Shown here: piece after piece, positions 43,989 through 53,304 of the stretch | How positions within the stretch are numbered: position 1 is the first letter of the stretch | Layout: each line of letters opens with the position of its first letter | Origin: an uncultured Actinomycetota bacterium | GTDB lineage: Bacteria; Actinomycetota; Actinomycetes; Propionibacteriales; Nocardioidaceae | NCBI GenBank assembly: GCA_963808115.1 | Contig: CAWEEN010000001.1 | Coordinates: forward strand, 59,742 to 123,741 | DNA length: 64,000 nucleotides | Direction: 5' to 3' | Translations under genes and position numbers: made by a program | Notes under the pieces: model-generated | Databases searched by the model: none | What the model saw: only the letters and a program-made list of their open reading frames with translations | Told to the model about the DNA's origin: nothing

Positions 43989-44980
43989 CCGACCACACGC
44001 CCGAGCCCACCGCGGGACCCGCCGCGTCCGGGGACGACGTCCGCGAGCGGCTGGCGGCGGTCCGGGCCGAGGTCGCCAAGGCCGTGGTCGGACAGGACGC
44101 CGCGGTCTCGGGCCTGCTGGTCGCGCTGCTGTGCGGCGGCCACGTGCTGATGGAGGGAGTGCCCGGCGTCGCGAAGACGCTGCTCGTGCGCAGCCTGGCC
44201 GGGGCGCTGTCGGTGGAGACGCACCGGGTGCAGTTCACCCCCGACCTGATGCCGGGCGACATCACCGGCTCGATGGTGGTCGAGGGCGCCCGCGGCGAGC
44301 TGACCTTCCGCGAGGGTCCGGTCTTCACCAACCTCCTGCTGGCCGACGAGATCAACCGCACCCCTCCCAAGACACAGTCCGCCCTGCTCGAGGCGATGGA
44401 GGAGGGCTCGGTGTCCGTCGACGGCGTCACCCACGTGCTGCCCAAGCCCTTCCTGGTCGCAGCCACGCAGAACCCCGTCGAGTACGAAGGCACCTACCCG
44501 CTCCCCGAGGCCCAGCTCGACCGGTTCCTGCTCAAGGTCGTGCTGCCCGTGCCGCAGCGCGACGCGGAGCTCGAGATCGTGCGCCGGCACGCGGCCGGGT
44601 TCGACCCGCAGGACGTCGCCGGCTCCGGGATCTCCGCGGTCGCCTCGGCCGCCGACGTCGAGGCCGGCCGGCGCGCGGTGCGCGAGGTGCAGGTGTCGCC
44701 CGAGGTCGCGGCGTACGTCGTCGACGTGGCGCGGGCGACCCGACAGTCGCCCTCGCTCGGGCTGGGCGCCAGCCCCCGCGGCGCGGTCGCCCTGATGCGG
44801 ACCGCGCGGGCATGGGCATGGCTGTCGGGCCGCGGCTTCGTGACGCCGGACGACGTGAAGGCGCTGGCCCACGCCACCTTGGCGCACCGGCTCGCCCTCC
44901 GTCCGGAGGCCGAGCTCGAGGGGGTCGAGGTCGGCGCCGTGCTCGGCTCGGCGCTCGCCTCCGTCCCGGTCCCGCGCTAG
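43985..44980 (+). CDS. MoxR family AAA+ ATPase
   Basis: EGVPGVAKT, QFTPDLMPGD, LADEINR, ATQNPVEYEGTYPLPEAQLDRF. Confidence 0.95.
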   Translation: MTDHTPEPTAGPAASGDDVRERLAAVRAEVAKAVVGQDAAVSGLLVALLCGGHVLMEGVPGVAKTLLVRSLAGALSVETHRVQFTPDLMPGDITGSMVVEGARGELTFREGPVFTNLLLADEINRTPPKTQSALLEAMEEGSVSVDGVTHVLPKPFLVAATQNPVEYEGTYPLPEAQLDRFLLKVVLPVPQRDAELEIVRRHAAGFDPQDVAGSGISAVASAADVEAGRRAVREVQVSPEVAAYVVDVARATRQSPSLGLGASPRGAVALMRTARAWAWLSGRGFVTPDDVKALAHATLAHRLALRPEAELEGVEVGAVLGSALASVPVPR

Positions 44981-44987
44981 TCGCCTG

Positions 44988-46280
44988 GTGGCCATCACCG
45001 GACGCGTCCCGCTCCTCCTCCTGCTGGGGGTGGTGGCGGTCGTGCTGCGCCCGGAGCTCTCGACGATGTGGCTGTGGGTCCTCGGCGTGGCTGTCCTCGT
45101 CGCCGTCGACGTGGCCCTGGCCCCCTCGCCCCGCCAGGTGGACGTCGTACGACGCCCGCCGGGGCGGGTGCGAGCCGGCCACGACGCACCCAGCACGCTC
45201 GACCTGACCAACACCGGACGACGCCGGGCCACGCTGCTGGTCCGCGACGCGTGGCAGCCGTCAGCCGGCGCCCACGACAACCGGCACCGGCTGCGGCTGG
45301 TGCCGGGCTCCGGACACGCGGTGACGACCTGGCTACGGCCACACCGGCGCGGAGAGCTGCGGGCCGTGGGCGTCACGATCCGGACGTCCGGACCGCTGGG
45401 GCTGGCTGCCCGGCAGGCGACGCGTGACGTCGCGGGCGCCGTGCGGTCGGTGCCGCCGTTCGAGTCCCGCAAGCACCTCCCGTCGCGGCTGGCCCGGCTC
45501 CGGGAGCTCGACGGCCGGGCGGCGGTGCGCGTGCGCGGCCAGGGGACGGAGTTCGACTCGCTGCGCGAGTACGTCCGCGGCGACGACGTCCGCTCCATCG
45601 ACTGGCGGGCGTCCGCGCGCACCCGCGACGTCGTCGTCCGCACGTGGCAGCCCGAGCGCGACCGGCGCGTCGTCCTCGTGCTCGACACCTCGCGGGTCTC
45701 CGCGGCCCGGGTCGACGACGTCCCGCGCCTCGACTCGGCGATGGAGGCGGCCCTCCTCCTCACCACCCTGGCGGCCCGGGCCGGTGACCGGGTGGACGTC
45801 GTCGCCGGGGACCGCCGGGTACGGGCGCGGCTCCGGCTCGCCGGCGCCCGCGACGCCACCGGCCGGCTCGAGGACGTCCTGGCGACCCTCGAGCCCGAGA
45901 TCGCCGAGGCCGACTGGACGGCCCTGGCCGGGGCGGTCCAGAGTCTCGGCCGGCAGCGAGCGCTCCTGGTGCTGCTCAGCCCGCTCGAGCCCTCCGCGGT
46001 CGAGGAGAGCCTGCTGCCGGCGCTGCCGGTGCTGGTGCGGCACCACCGGGTGGTGCTCGCGTCGGTCCGCGACCCGGAGCTGGAGCGCATCGCCGCCGGC
46101 CGGGACGGCCTCGACGCGGTGTACGCCGCGGCCGCGGCCGAGCAGGCGCTGGCCCGACGGCGGGCCACCGCCGACCTGCTCGAGGCGCTCGGCCTCGACG
46201 TGATCGACGTCCCGGCCGACGCGCTGCCACCCGCCCTCGCCGACCACTACCTGGCGCTCAAGGCCCGCGGCCTCCTCTGA
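44988..46280 (+). CDS. DUF58-domain (vWA-like) protein
   Basis: GQGTEFDSLREYVRGDDVRSIDWRASAR, LDTSR, YLALKARGLL. Confidence 0.92.
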   Translation: MAITGRVPLLLLLGVVAVVLRPELSTMWLWVLGVAVLVAVDVALAPSPRQVDVVRRPPGRVRAGHDAPSTLDLTNTGRRRATLLVRDAWQPSAGAHDNRHRLRLVPGSGHAVTTWLRPHRRGELRAVGVTIRTSGPLGLAARQATRDVAGAVRSVPPFESRKHLPSRLARLRELDGRAAVRVRGQGTEFDSLREYVRGDDVRSIDWRASARTRDVVVRTWQPERDRRVVLVLDTSRVSAARVDDVPRLDSAMEAALLLTTLAARAGDRVDVVAGDRRVRARLRLAGARDATGRLEDVLATLEPEIAEADWTALAGAVQSLGRQRALLVLLSPLEPSAVEESLLPALPVLVRHHRVVLASVRDPELERIAAGRDGLDAVYAAAAAEQALARRRATADLLEALGLDVIDVPADALPPALADHYLALKARGLL

Positions 46281-46363
46281 GCGAGGCGGCTTGCCCGCGA
46301 GCGGGCTTCGCTGGTGGCTTCGGTCTCCCGGCGCGGCTGACGGCCGCGCTGACAGGTCCCCGC

Positions 46364-47359
46364 TCAGGACTGGCCGGCCACCCGGTCGCCGAGCAGCGCC
46401 TCGTCGAGGTCGCCGGTCTCCCCGCCGAGGACGGCCCGGCGGCCGAGCACGAAGACGTAGGCCAGGAACGTCGCCTCGGCGAGGAGGCCGATCGCGATCC
46501 GGGCCCAGGTGGGCAGCGGGCTGGGGGTCACGAACGCCTCGAGGCACCCACTGACCGCGAGCACGCCGACCAGCCCGAGGGCGACCGTCGCGGCGGTCCG
46601 GCCCTCCCGGGCGAACGACTGCGACCGGGTCAGGTCACCTGGCTCGACCCAGGACCAGAACAGCTTCAGCCCGACGCCACCCGCGACGAAGACGGCGGTC
46701 AGCTCGAGGGTGCCGTGGGGCATGATCAGCCCCCAGAACTCACCGGCCCGCCCGTGCCGGGTCATGATCGAGCCGATGATCGCGATGTTCGCGACGTTCT
46801 CGAACAGCAGGTAGACCACCGGCACCCCGAGCGCACCGAAGGCGAGGAGCAGGGCGGTGACCCACGCGTTGTGGGTCCAGACCTGCAGGGCGAAGTGAGA
46901 GGCGGCGTACTGGCTGTAGTAGCCGGCGAACTGGTGGTTCACCAGGTCGTCGACCTGCGCCGGAGACAGCAGCGACTGCTCGACGTTCGGGTGGTCGAGG
47001 AGCCACCACATCATCACGAAGGTGAGCGCCACGCTGGTCAGCGCCGTCCCGATCCACCACCAGCGGAGCCGGTAGAGCGCGGCCGGGAACCGCTGCGCCA
47101 CGAAGTGCCGTATGCCGTGCCACGTGCCTCCGCGTCGGGCGCCGGCCCGGTTGCGAGCCCGGCTGAGCAGTACCGAGAGATAGCTGATGACCGCGGCGTC
47201 GGGAGCCGCCGTCCGGATCACCGACAGCTGGGTGGCCACGCGCTGGTAGCGCTCGGTCAGCTCGTCGCTCCCCGGACCGTCGAGCCGCCGGGTCCGGGTC
47301 AGGGTGTCGAGGCGCTCCCACTCCGCGCGGTGCGCGACGACGTAGGCGTCCAGGTCCAC
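46364..47359 (-). CDS. SpoIIM/DUF95 family membrane protein
   Basis: DLDAYV..HRAEWERL, VWTHNAWV, PHGTLELTAVFVAGG, EAFVTPS. Confidence 0.9.
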   Translation of the reverse strand: MDLDAYVVAHRAEWERLDTLTRTRRLDGPGSDELTERYQRVATQLSVIRTAAPDAAVISYLSVLLSRARNRAGARRGGTWHGIRHFVAQRFPAALYRLRWWWIGTALTSVALTFVMMWWLLDHPNVEQSLLSPAQVDDLVNHQFAGYYSQYAASHFALQVWTHNAWVTALLLAFGALGVPVVYLLFENVANIAIIGSIMTRHGRAGEFWGLIMPHGTLELTAVFVAGGVGLKLFWSWVEPGDLTRSQSFAREGRTAATVALGLVGVLAVSGCLEAFVTPSPLPTWARIAIGLLAEATFLAYVFVLGRRAVLGGETGDLDEALLGDRVAGQS

Positions 47360-47382
47360 GCCGCGACTCTAAACTGTCGGCG
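47360..47382. promoter_or_regulatory. Overlapping bidirectional -10 elements, both genes leaderless
   Basis: TAAACT (+, 47370-47375) and TAGAGT (-, 47366-47371) in a 23-bp gap between divergent starts. Confidence 0.6.
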
Positions 47383-48192
47383 ATGTCGTTCCCGGAGTAC
47401 GCGATGCTCACCGACGACGACCTCGTCACCGGCGAGGCCGTCGCCCTCGACCTGCCCGCAGCCACGGCGCCCGTCCGCCTGGCCTCCGGAGCGCTCGACG
47501 TGGCGTCGACCCTGGTCCTCGGGTCCGCCCTGGTCTTCCTGGCGCTGGTGGTCAGCGCGCACGCGGACGTGGCGCTCCAGGGGGTCGCGGTGATCTGCTG
47601 GCTGGTGGCGACCTTCCTGCTCTACCCGACGGCCGTGGAGACCCTCACCCGTGGGAGGTCCCCCGGCAAGCTGGCCTTCGGGCTGCGGGTCGTGCGCGAC
47701 GACGGGGGCACCGTCACCGGGCAGCAGTCGTTCGTCCGCGCGCTGGTCGGGATCGTGGAGATCTACGCACTCTTCGGCGGGCCGGCCCTGATCAGCTCGA
47801 TGGTCAGCTCGAAGGGGAAGCGGATCGGCGACCACGCCGCCGGCACCTACGTCGTGCGTGACCGCGCCCAGCTGACCCTCCCCGCGCCGGCCCCGATGCC
47901 GCCCGCCCTCCGCCGGTGGGCTGCGTCGGCCGACCTGAGCGCACCACCGGTCGACCTGGTGCTGGCCGTCCGGGCCTACCTGATCCGGCTGCCGTCGCTC
48001 GACCCGGCCACGCGCCGGCGGCTGGGCGACAGTCTCGCGACTCGCCTCGCGCCGTACGCCGCTCCCCCGCCGCCGCCGGGCACCACCTCCTGGGACTTCC
48101 TGGCCGCCGTCCTGGCCGGCCGGCGCGACCGCGACGTGGCCCGGCTGCACCGCGACGAGACCCTCCGCACGCGTCTGATCCGACGCCGCTGA
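47383..48192 (+). CDS. RDD family protein
   Basis: LVTGEAVALDL, GRSPGKLAFGLRVVRDDG, KRIGDHAAGT. Confidence 0.9.
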   Translation: MSFPEYAMLTDDDLVTGEAVALDLPAATAPVRLASGALDVASTLVLGSALVFLALVVSAHADVALQGVAVICWLVATFLLYPTAVETLTRGRSPGKLAFGLRVVRDDGGTVTGQQSFVRALVGIVEIYALFGGPALISSMVSSKGKRIGDHAAGTYVVRDRAQLTLPAPAPMPPALRRWAASADLSAPPVDLVLAVRAYLIRLPSLDPATRRRLGDSLATRLAPYAAPPPPPGTTSWDFLAAVLAGRRDRDVARLHRDETLRTRLIRRR

Positions 48193-48212
48193 ACCAGTGC
48201 GAGGATGCGCGC

Positions 48213-49556
48213 ATGATCGACCGCGACCGACTCACGTCCCTGCGCGCCGACGAGGAGCACCGGTTCGTCCAGACCCACCCGCGCTCCCAGGAGCTGTCGG
48301 CCCGTGCCTCCGACTCGCTCCTCGCCGGCGTCCCGATGCCCTGGATGACCCGCTGGGCGGGCTCGTTCCCGCTGTTCGTCGAGTCGGCGACGGGGGCGCG
48401 GCTCACCGACGTCGACGGCGTGGAGTACGTCGACCTCTGCCTCGGCGACACCGGAGCCATGACCGGGCACGCGCTCCCGGCCGTCGCGGAGGCGGTGGCC
48501 CGCCGCGCGGCGTCCGGCCTCACCACGATGCTGCCCTCGGACGACGCCATCTGGGTCTCGCAGGAGCTCGCCCGCAGGTTCGGGTTGCCGCAGTGGCAGT
48601 TCGCGATGACGGCGACCGACGCCAACCGTTTCGTGCTGCGCTTCGCCCGCCACATCACCGGCCGGCCGCGCGTTGCGGTGATGGACTGGTGCTACCACGG
48701 CACGGTCGACGAGGCCTTCGCGACCCTCGACGGTGACCGCGTCGTACCCCGACCTGGGCTGCTGGGCGCCCCGGTCGACGTCGCCGAGACCACGGCAGTG
48801 GTCCCGTTCAACGACGCGGACGCCCTCGACCGTCGGCTCGCGGTCGGTGACGTCGCCTGCCTGCTGATGGAGCCCGCTCTCACCAACATCGGCATCGTGC
48901 TGCCCGACGAGGGCTACCTCGCCGCCGTCCGCGAGATCACCCGCCGGCACGGCGTCCTGCTGGTCAACGACGAGACCCACACGCTGTGTGCCGGTCCGGG
49001 CGGCGCTACCGCGGCCTGGGGCCTCGACCCCGACCTCCTGGTCGTGGGCAAGCCGATCGGCGGCGGCGTCCCGATCGCTGCCTACGGCATGACCGCCGAG
49101 GTCGCTGACGCCCTGCGCGAGCCGATGCTCGGCCACGAGATCGACGTGGCCGGGGTCGGGGGGACGCTGACCGCCAACGGCCTCGCCCTGGCTGCTTCCC
49201 GCGCCGCGCTCTCCTCCGCACTCCGGGAGGAGGACTTCGCCGTGGCGATCCCGCTCGCGGAGCGCTTCACCGCGGGCGTCCAGGACGTCATCGAGCGGCA
49301 CGACCTGCCCTGGCACGTGCAGCGGCTGGGCTGCCGGGCGGAGTACTGGTTCTGCCCGCCGCCGCGCAACGGGGCCGACGCCGCCGCGGCCGTCGACGAG
49401 GACCTCGAGGGCTTCCTGCACCTCTGGTCGCTCAACCGCGGGGTGCTCCTGACGCCGTTCCACAACATGGCGCTGTTCTCACCGCACCACAGCGGAGCCG
49501 ACGTCGACCGCCACACCGCCGTGTTCGCCGAGGCCGTGGCGGCGCTGGTGGGCTAG
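48213..49556 (+). CDS. Class III PLP-dependent aminotransferase (GSA-aminomutase-like)
   Basis: DVDGVEYVDLCLGD, YHGTVD, LVNDETHT, VGKPIGGG, GGTL.AN. Confidence 0.88.
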   Translation: MIDRDRLTSLRADEEHRFVQTHPRSQELSARASDSLLAGVPMPWMTRWAGSFPLFVESATGARLTDVDGVEYVDLCLGDTGAMTGHALPAVAEAVARRAASGLTTMLPSDDAIWVSQELARRFGLPQWQFAMTATDANRFVLRFARHITGRPRVAVMDWCYHGTVDEAFATLDGDRVVPRPGLLGAPVDVAETTAVVPFNDADALDRRLAVGDVACLLMEPALTNIGIVLPDEGYLAAVREITRRHGVLLVNDETHTLCAGPGGATAAWGLDPDLLVVGKPIGGGVPIAAYGMTAEVADALREPMLGHEIDVAGVGGTLTANGLALAASRAALSSALREEDFAVAIPLAERFTAGVQDVIERHDLPWHVQRLGCRAEYWFCPPPRNGADAAAAVDEDLEGFLHLWSLNRGVLLTPFHNMALFSPHHSGADVDRHTAVFAEAVAALVG

Positions 49557-49560
49557 AGGC

Positions 49561-49890
49561 CTACGAGCCGCTGCTCGAGATGCCGGCCAGGACCCCGAAC
49601 ACGACGAAGATCCCGAGGAAGACCACCGCCAGCCCGAGCAGGGCGGTTGCGACGATGCCGAGGATCTTGCCGATCGTGACCTCGGTGCTGCCGCTCCAGC
49701 GGCCCGGCGCTGCGGCCATCTCCCGCTCGATCCGGTTGCCCATGGTCCACGCGAACGGCCCGCACAGCCCGCACACCACGACCCCCAGGATCCCGAGCAC
49801 CAGCACCGTGACGGCCTGCGGGTGCTTGGGCGGCGGTGGGGCGTAGGGGTAGCCGGGGGCGCCGTACGGCGGCGGGGGCTGCTGCGTCAT
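49561..49890 (-). CDS. DUF4190-like small membrane protein
   Basis: Pro-rich N-terminus, HPQAVTVLVLGILG, GKILGIV. Confidence 0.8.
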   Translation of the reverse strand: MTQQPPPPYGAPGYPYAPPPPKHPQAVTVLVLGILGVVVCGLCGPFAWTMGNRIEREMAAAPGRWSGSTEVTIGKILGIVATALLGLAVVFLGIFVVFGVLAGISSSGS

Positions 49891-49938
49891 GGGCGCAGTC
49901 TGGCAGGAGACCGGCCGCCCCTGCCGGAGACGTGCGGC

Positions 49939-50667
49939 TCAGCGGCGTCGGTAGGCCAGGTCGGTGATGACGCGGTCGGCCGCGAGCCCCTTGCGCTCGA
50001 ACTTGGTGACCGGACGGTCGGCCCACCTCTCCACGACCCCTCCCTCGAGCCCCGGCTCGGCGTCCAGCACGCCCCGCATCTGCTCGGCGTAGTCGGCCCA
50101 GTCGGTGGCCAGGCGCCAGGTGCCGCCCGGGACGAGCCGCTGCGCCGCGAGGTGGGCGAACGGCGCGTCCACCAGGCGCCGCTTGTGGTGCCGGGTCTTG
50201 GGCCAGGGGTCGGGGAAGAACGTCCAGATCTCGCTCAGCGACCCGGGCGCCAGGAGGTGGCTCAGTACCCAGACCGCGTCGACCGAGCAGAAGCGCACGT
50301 TCGCCGCACCGGCCGCGGCCACCTCGGCCAGGGACGCGGCGATGCCGGGGCTCCAGACCTCCAGCGCCAGCACGTCGTACGCCGGTCGCGCGGCGGCCAG
50401 CACGCCGGTCGCCTCACCGACCCCCGAGCCGATCTCGACGACGAGGGGCGCCTCGCGGCCGAACCAGTCGGCCCACCGGAAGTCGGGCCGGTCGACAGCG
50501 TCGTCGGGGATCACCCAGGCCTCGTGGTGGGCGTCCCACGCCTGCTGCTGGGCCGGGGTGAACCGGTTGCCGCGCCGGGAGTAGCTGAGGACCTCGCGGA
50601 TGCGCCGCCCGTCGTCGGTGAAGCGCTGGTGCGGGCGCGCCGGAGGCATCGCGGGGTGGTCGGGCAC
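49939..50667 (-). CDS. trmB: tRNA (guanine-N7)-methyltransferase
   Basis: VEIGSGVGE, FFPDPWPKTRHHKRRL, LATDWADYA, TKFERKG. Confidence 0.95.
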   Translation of the reverse strand: MPDHPAMPPARPHQRFTDDGRRIREVLSYSRRGNRFTPAQQQAWDAHHEAWVIPDDAVDRPDFRWADWFGREAPLVVEIGSGVGEATGVLAAARPAYDVLALEVWSPGIAASLAEVAAAGAANVRFCSVDAVWVLSHLLAPGSLSEIWTFFPDPWPKTRHHKRRLVDAPFAHLAAQRLVPGGTWRLATDWADYAEQMRGVLDAEPGLEGGVVERWADRPVTKFERKGLAADRVITDLAYRRR

Positions 50668-50725
50668 GGCGTCATTGTCCCCGATGGCGCTTGCCGTAGC
50701 CGCCCCGGCGACCTACCGTCACCAG

Positions 50726-51133
50726 ATGGGAGCCTGGTTGGTGATCCTGGCGTTCTTCGCGGGGCCGGTGGCCTCGCTCGCCGTCGTGACCAGGCTGCTC
50801 TCCGATCCCCGTCTCCCCGGCCTGGGCCGCCTCCGCCGGGTCCTCGGCGGACGCCACCGCCACGTGGCGCCCACAGGGCGCCCCATCGAGGAGATCGCCC
50901 GCGACGCCCGCCGGCTCGGCCGTCAGCTCCAGCATGCCGACGACGGCCGGAGCGCGGCCCGGATCGGCGCCATCCGTCGTGCCTACGACGACGTCCTGGC
51001 CGAGGGGTGCACGGCGCTGGGTCTCGCCCAGCTGCTCGTCGTGCTCGCCGACGGACGTGAGCTGGACGCCGAGCGCCGGCGGGTCGAGGTGGTGCTGACC
51101 GGGGCCGGGATGGTCCTCGAACACGCCTACTGA
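50726..51133 (+). CDS. Hypothetical protein with N-terminal TM segment
   Basis: ATG 6 nt after TACCGT; RPIEEIARDARRL...AYDDVLAEGC..LG; high GC3. Confidence 0.7.
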   Translation: MGAWLVILAFFAGPVASLAVVTRLLSDPRLPGLGRLRRVLGGRHRHVAPTGRPIEEIARDARRLGRQLQHADDGRSAARIGAIRRAYDDVLAEGCTALGLAQLLVVLADGRELDAERRRVEVVLTGAGMVLEHAY

Positions 51134-51151
51134 TCCTGCCAGGATGACCGC

Positions 51152-51862
51152 ATGATCGACCCGCGTCCGCTGTGGGACTTCGACGACCCGGTCTCCTCCG
51201 GGGAGCGCTTCCTCGATGTGGCCGAGCAGGCCGACGAGCCCGACCGCACCTCCTGGCTCACGCAGTACGTCCGCGCCCTCGGCCTCCAGGAGCGGTACGA
51301 CGACGCGTACCGGGTGCTCGACCGGCTCGGCTCCGACGACCCGGAGGCGGCGACCTACCTGGCCCTCGAGCGCGGCCGGGTCCTGCGCTCGGCGGGTCAC
51401 CCCGACGAGGCCAGGCCGCTGTTCGAGCAGGCAGCGGCGACGGCGTCGGCGGCCGGCTACGACGCGCTGCAGGTCGACGCCCTCCACATGGTGGCGCTGG
51501 TCGCGCCGGCCGACGAGCAGGTCGCGATCCACGACCGGGCGCTGGCCATCGCGCGCGCCTCGTCGGACCCCCGGGCCCGCGACTGGGACGCCTCGCTGCT
51601 CAACAACGTCGGGATGTCCTTCGCCGACACCGGCGACTTCACCTCCGCCCTCGATGCCTTCGAGCAGGCGCTGGCCGCCCGCGAGCGCATCGGCGACCCC
51701 GGCACCATCCGGGTCGCGCGGTGGATGGTCGCCTGGTCGCTGCGCAACCTCGGCCGGCGCGACGAGGCGCGGGAGATGCAGCGCGCCCTGAAGAAGGAGC
51801 TGGAGTCGGTCGGCGCGAGCGACCAGTACGTCGAGGAGGAGCTCGCGCTCCTGGCCGACTGA
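51152..51862 (+). CDS. Tetratricopeptide repeat protein
   Basis: WDFDDP, TQYVRALGLQ, LERGRVLRSAG, SLLNNVGM. Confidence 0.82.
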   Translation: MIDPRPLWDFDDPVSSGERFLDVAEQADEPDRTSWLTQYVRALGLQERYDDAYRVLDRLGSDDPEAATYLALERGRVLRSAGHPDEARPLFEQAAATASAAGYDALQVDALHMVALVAPADEQVAIHDRALAIARASSDPRARDWDASLLNNVGMSFADTGDFTSALDAFEQALAARERIGDPGTIRVARWMVAWSLRNLGRRDEAREMQRALKKELESVGASDQYVEEELALLAD

Positions 51863-51863
51863 C

Positions 51864-52244
51864 TCAGTCGAGGGTGTAGGTCAGCACGTAGGAGTGGCCG
51901 GCGCCGTCGATGGTGAGCTCGAGGGCGCCCTCGATACCCACCAGGTCGCCGGTGCCGGAGCCGGGGACCACGGCATAGGTGAGCTGCTGCCCGCTGGGCC
52001 GCATCACGCCGTACTGCTGGAAGGCGAAGGAGCCCGGTCGCCCGTGCAAGGTGCCGGCGACCACCTCGACCGCGACGTAACCCGCGGCGCCGGTGGTCGG
52101 GTCTCCCGCTGCGAGCATCTGGCCCTGTCCGGCTCCGGCGAGGTCACCGGACCAGGTCTTGGCGATCAGCATCCGGCTGACGCCGATGTCGTCGTCGGTC
52201 GGCGTGATCGTGACCTCGAAGGTGCCCCGGGCCGTCTGTGTCAT
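51864..52244 (-). CDS. DUF3224-domain protein
   Basis: ARGTFEV, KTWSGDL, AGYVAVE, VVPGSGTGDL.GIEG. Confidence 0.85.
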   Translation of the reverse strand: MTQTARGTFEVTITPTDDDIGVSRMLIAKTWSGDLAGAGQGQMLAAGDPTTGAAGYVAVEVVAGTLHGRPGSFAFQQYGVMRPSGQQLTYAVVPGSGTGDLVGIEGALELTIDGAGHSYVLTYTLD

Positions 52245-52843
52245 GGGCCCACCGTGCCAGGCGCCGCCGACAGCACGCCCGCGGCCCGGGCCGGCTCGGC
52301 GTACGCGCGGGCGAGGGAGGCGACGGTGTCGTGGGCGTTGAGCCCGCTCGGGTTGGGCACGACCCACAGCTGCGCACCCGCGAGGTCGTGGGGCTGACGG
52401 CCCAGGGTCGCCTGCGGTTGGCCGAACGCCGAGCGGTACGCCGTCACGCCCAGCACCGCGACCACGCGCGGCCGGCGGGCCGCGACCAGCTTCTCCAGGC
52501 GGTGGCGCCCCGCGACGAGCTCGGCGCGGCTGAGCTCGTCGGCCCGCGCCGTCGCGCGTGGTACCAGGTTGGTGATCGCGATGCCGCGGCTGACGAACAT
52601 CGCCCGGTCGGCGTCGGTCATCCCGTCGGAGGCGCTGACCGGGTGGTCGATGATGCCGGCCTCGAGCAGCGCCGGGTAGAACCGGTTGCCCGGCCGGGCG
52701 AAGTGGGTCTGCACGGCCGCCGTCCAGAGCCCGGGGTTGATCCCGACGAGGACGAGCCGTGGGTGCGGGCCGAGCAGGTCGGGCACCTCACGGTCGCGGA
52801 AGGTCTCGAGCTCGGCAGGGGTGAAACGGGCCACGGCGCCCAT
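52241..52843 (-). CDS. mug: Mismatch-specific (G:T/U) DNA glycosylase, UDG family 2
   Basis: VGINPG, HFARPGNRFY, ITNLV, PNPSGLN. Confidence 0.88.
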   Translation of the reverse strand: MGAVARFTPAELETFRDREVPDLLGPHPRLVLVGINPGLWTAAVQTHFARPGNRFYPALLEAGIIDHPVSASDGMTDADRAMFVSRGIAITNLVPRATARADELSRAELVAGRHRLEKLVAARRPRVVAVLGVTAYRSAFGQPQATLGRQPHDLAGAQLWVVPNPSGLNAHDTVASLARAYAEPARAAGVLSAAPGTVGP

Positions 52844-52906
52844 GCTGGCAGGTGCTTCCCCGGAAAGCGGTCCGAGGGCCGACGTCGAGACCCCCCTCCG
52901 CGCCGG

Positions 52907-53164
52907 TCACCGGGCACCGAGGCATCCGGCTCGAGCAAACTCGACGTTACCGCCGCCGGCGCGCCCGGCGAAGCAGACCTCGCGGAAGAACGGGCCGTGG
53001 TACTCCACGACCGCGGGGCCCTGGGGCGCGGGCGTGGTGGCGTGGGAGCCGGACGAGGATGCGATGACGGTGGTGATCAGCAGGGCCAGCAGGCCGGCGG
53101 CCACGGCCGCAGCAGCGTAGAGCCAGATGTGCGGGTGAGCAGGGTGGTGATGGACGGTGGTCAT
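52907..53164 (-). CDS. Small (85 aa) membrane-anchored or secreted peptide with a C-terminal Cys pair
   Basis: SD GAGGGG before ATG; His-rich N-terminus, one TM segment, Ser/Thr/Pro linker, C-x16-C tail. Confidence 0.65.
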   Translation of the reverse strand: MTTVHHHPAHPHIWLYAAAAVAAGLLALLITTVIASSSGSHATTPAPQGPAVVEYHGPFFREVCFAGRAGGGNVEFARAGCLGAR

Positions 53165-53221
53165 GGTGGTTCCCCTCGGTCGGTGAGGCAGGTGCCTCGG
53201 TGTCGACCGTTGTCCACCCTC

Positions 53222-53262
53222 GCGGTATCCCGATGGCGCCCGAGCGGTATCGCCGCGGTATC
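53222..53262. promoter_or_regulatory. SARP-type direct-repeat operator, GCGGTATC x3
   Basis: Exact 8-mers start at 53222, 53244 and 53255 (spacing 22 and 11 bp) between the divergent genes. Confidence 0.7.
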
Positions 53263-53304
53263 TCCTTGCTTGACGCGACCGCTGCCGGGTCGGACAGTCG
53301 AGGT

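Noticed and set aside
42665-46168. 1167-aa minus-strand ORF and many other long antisense ORFs
   Set aside because: Shadow ORFs of high-GC coding sequence; Arg/Ala/Gly-rich with no motifs, opposite well-supported genes.
46364-47359. Sporulation function implied by the SpoIIM family name
   Set aside because: The family is widespread in non-sporulating bacteria; the context is the MoxR membrane cluster.
52907-53164. Small ORF as a RiPP precursor or amyloid-signalling partner
   Set aside because: No modifying enzymes, protease or transporter adjacent, and no matching motif at the STAND protein's N-terminus. Kept only as a membrane peptide of unknown role.
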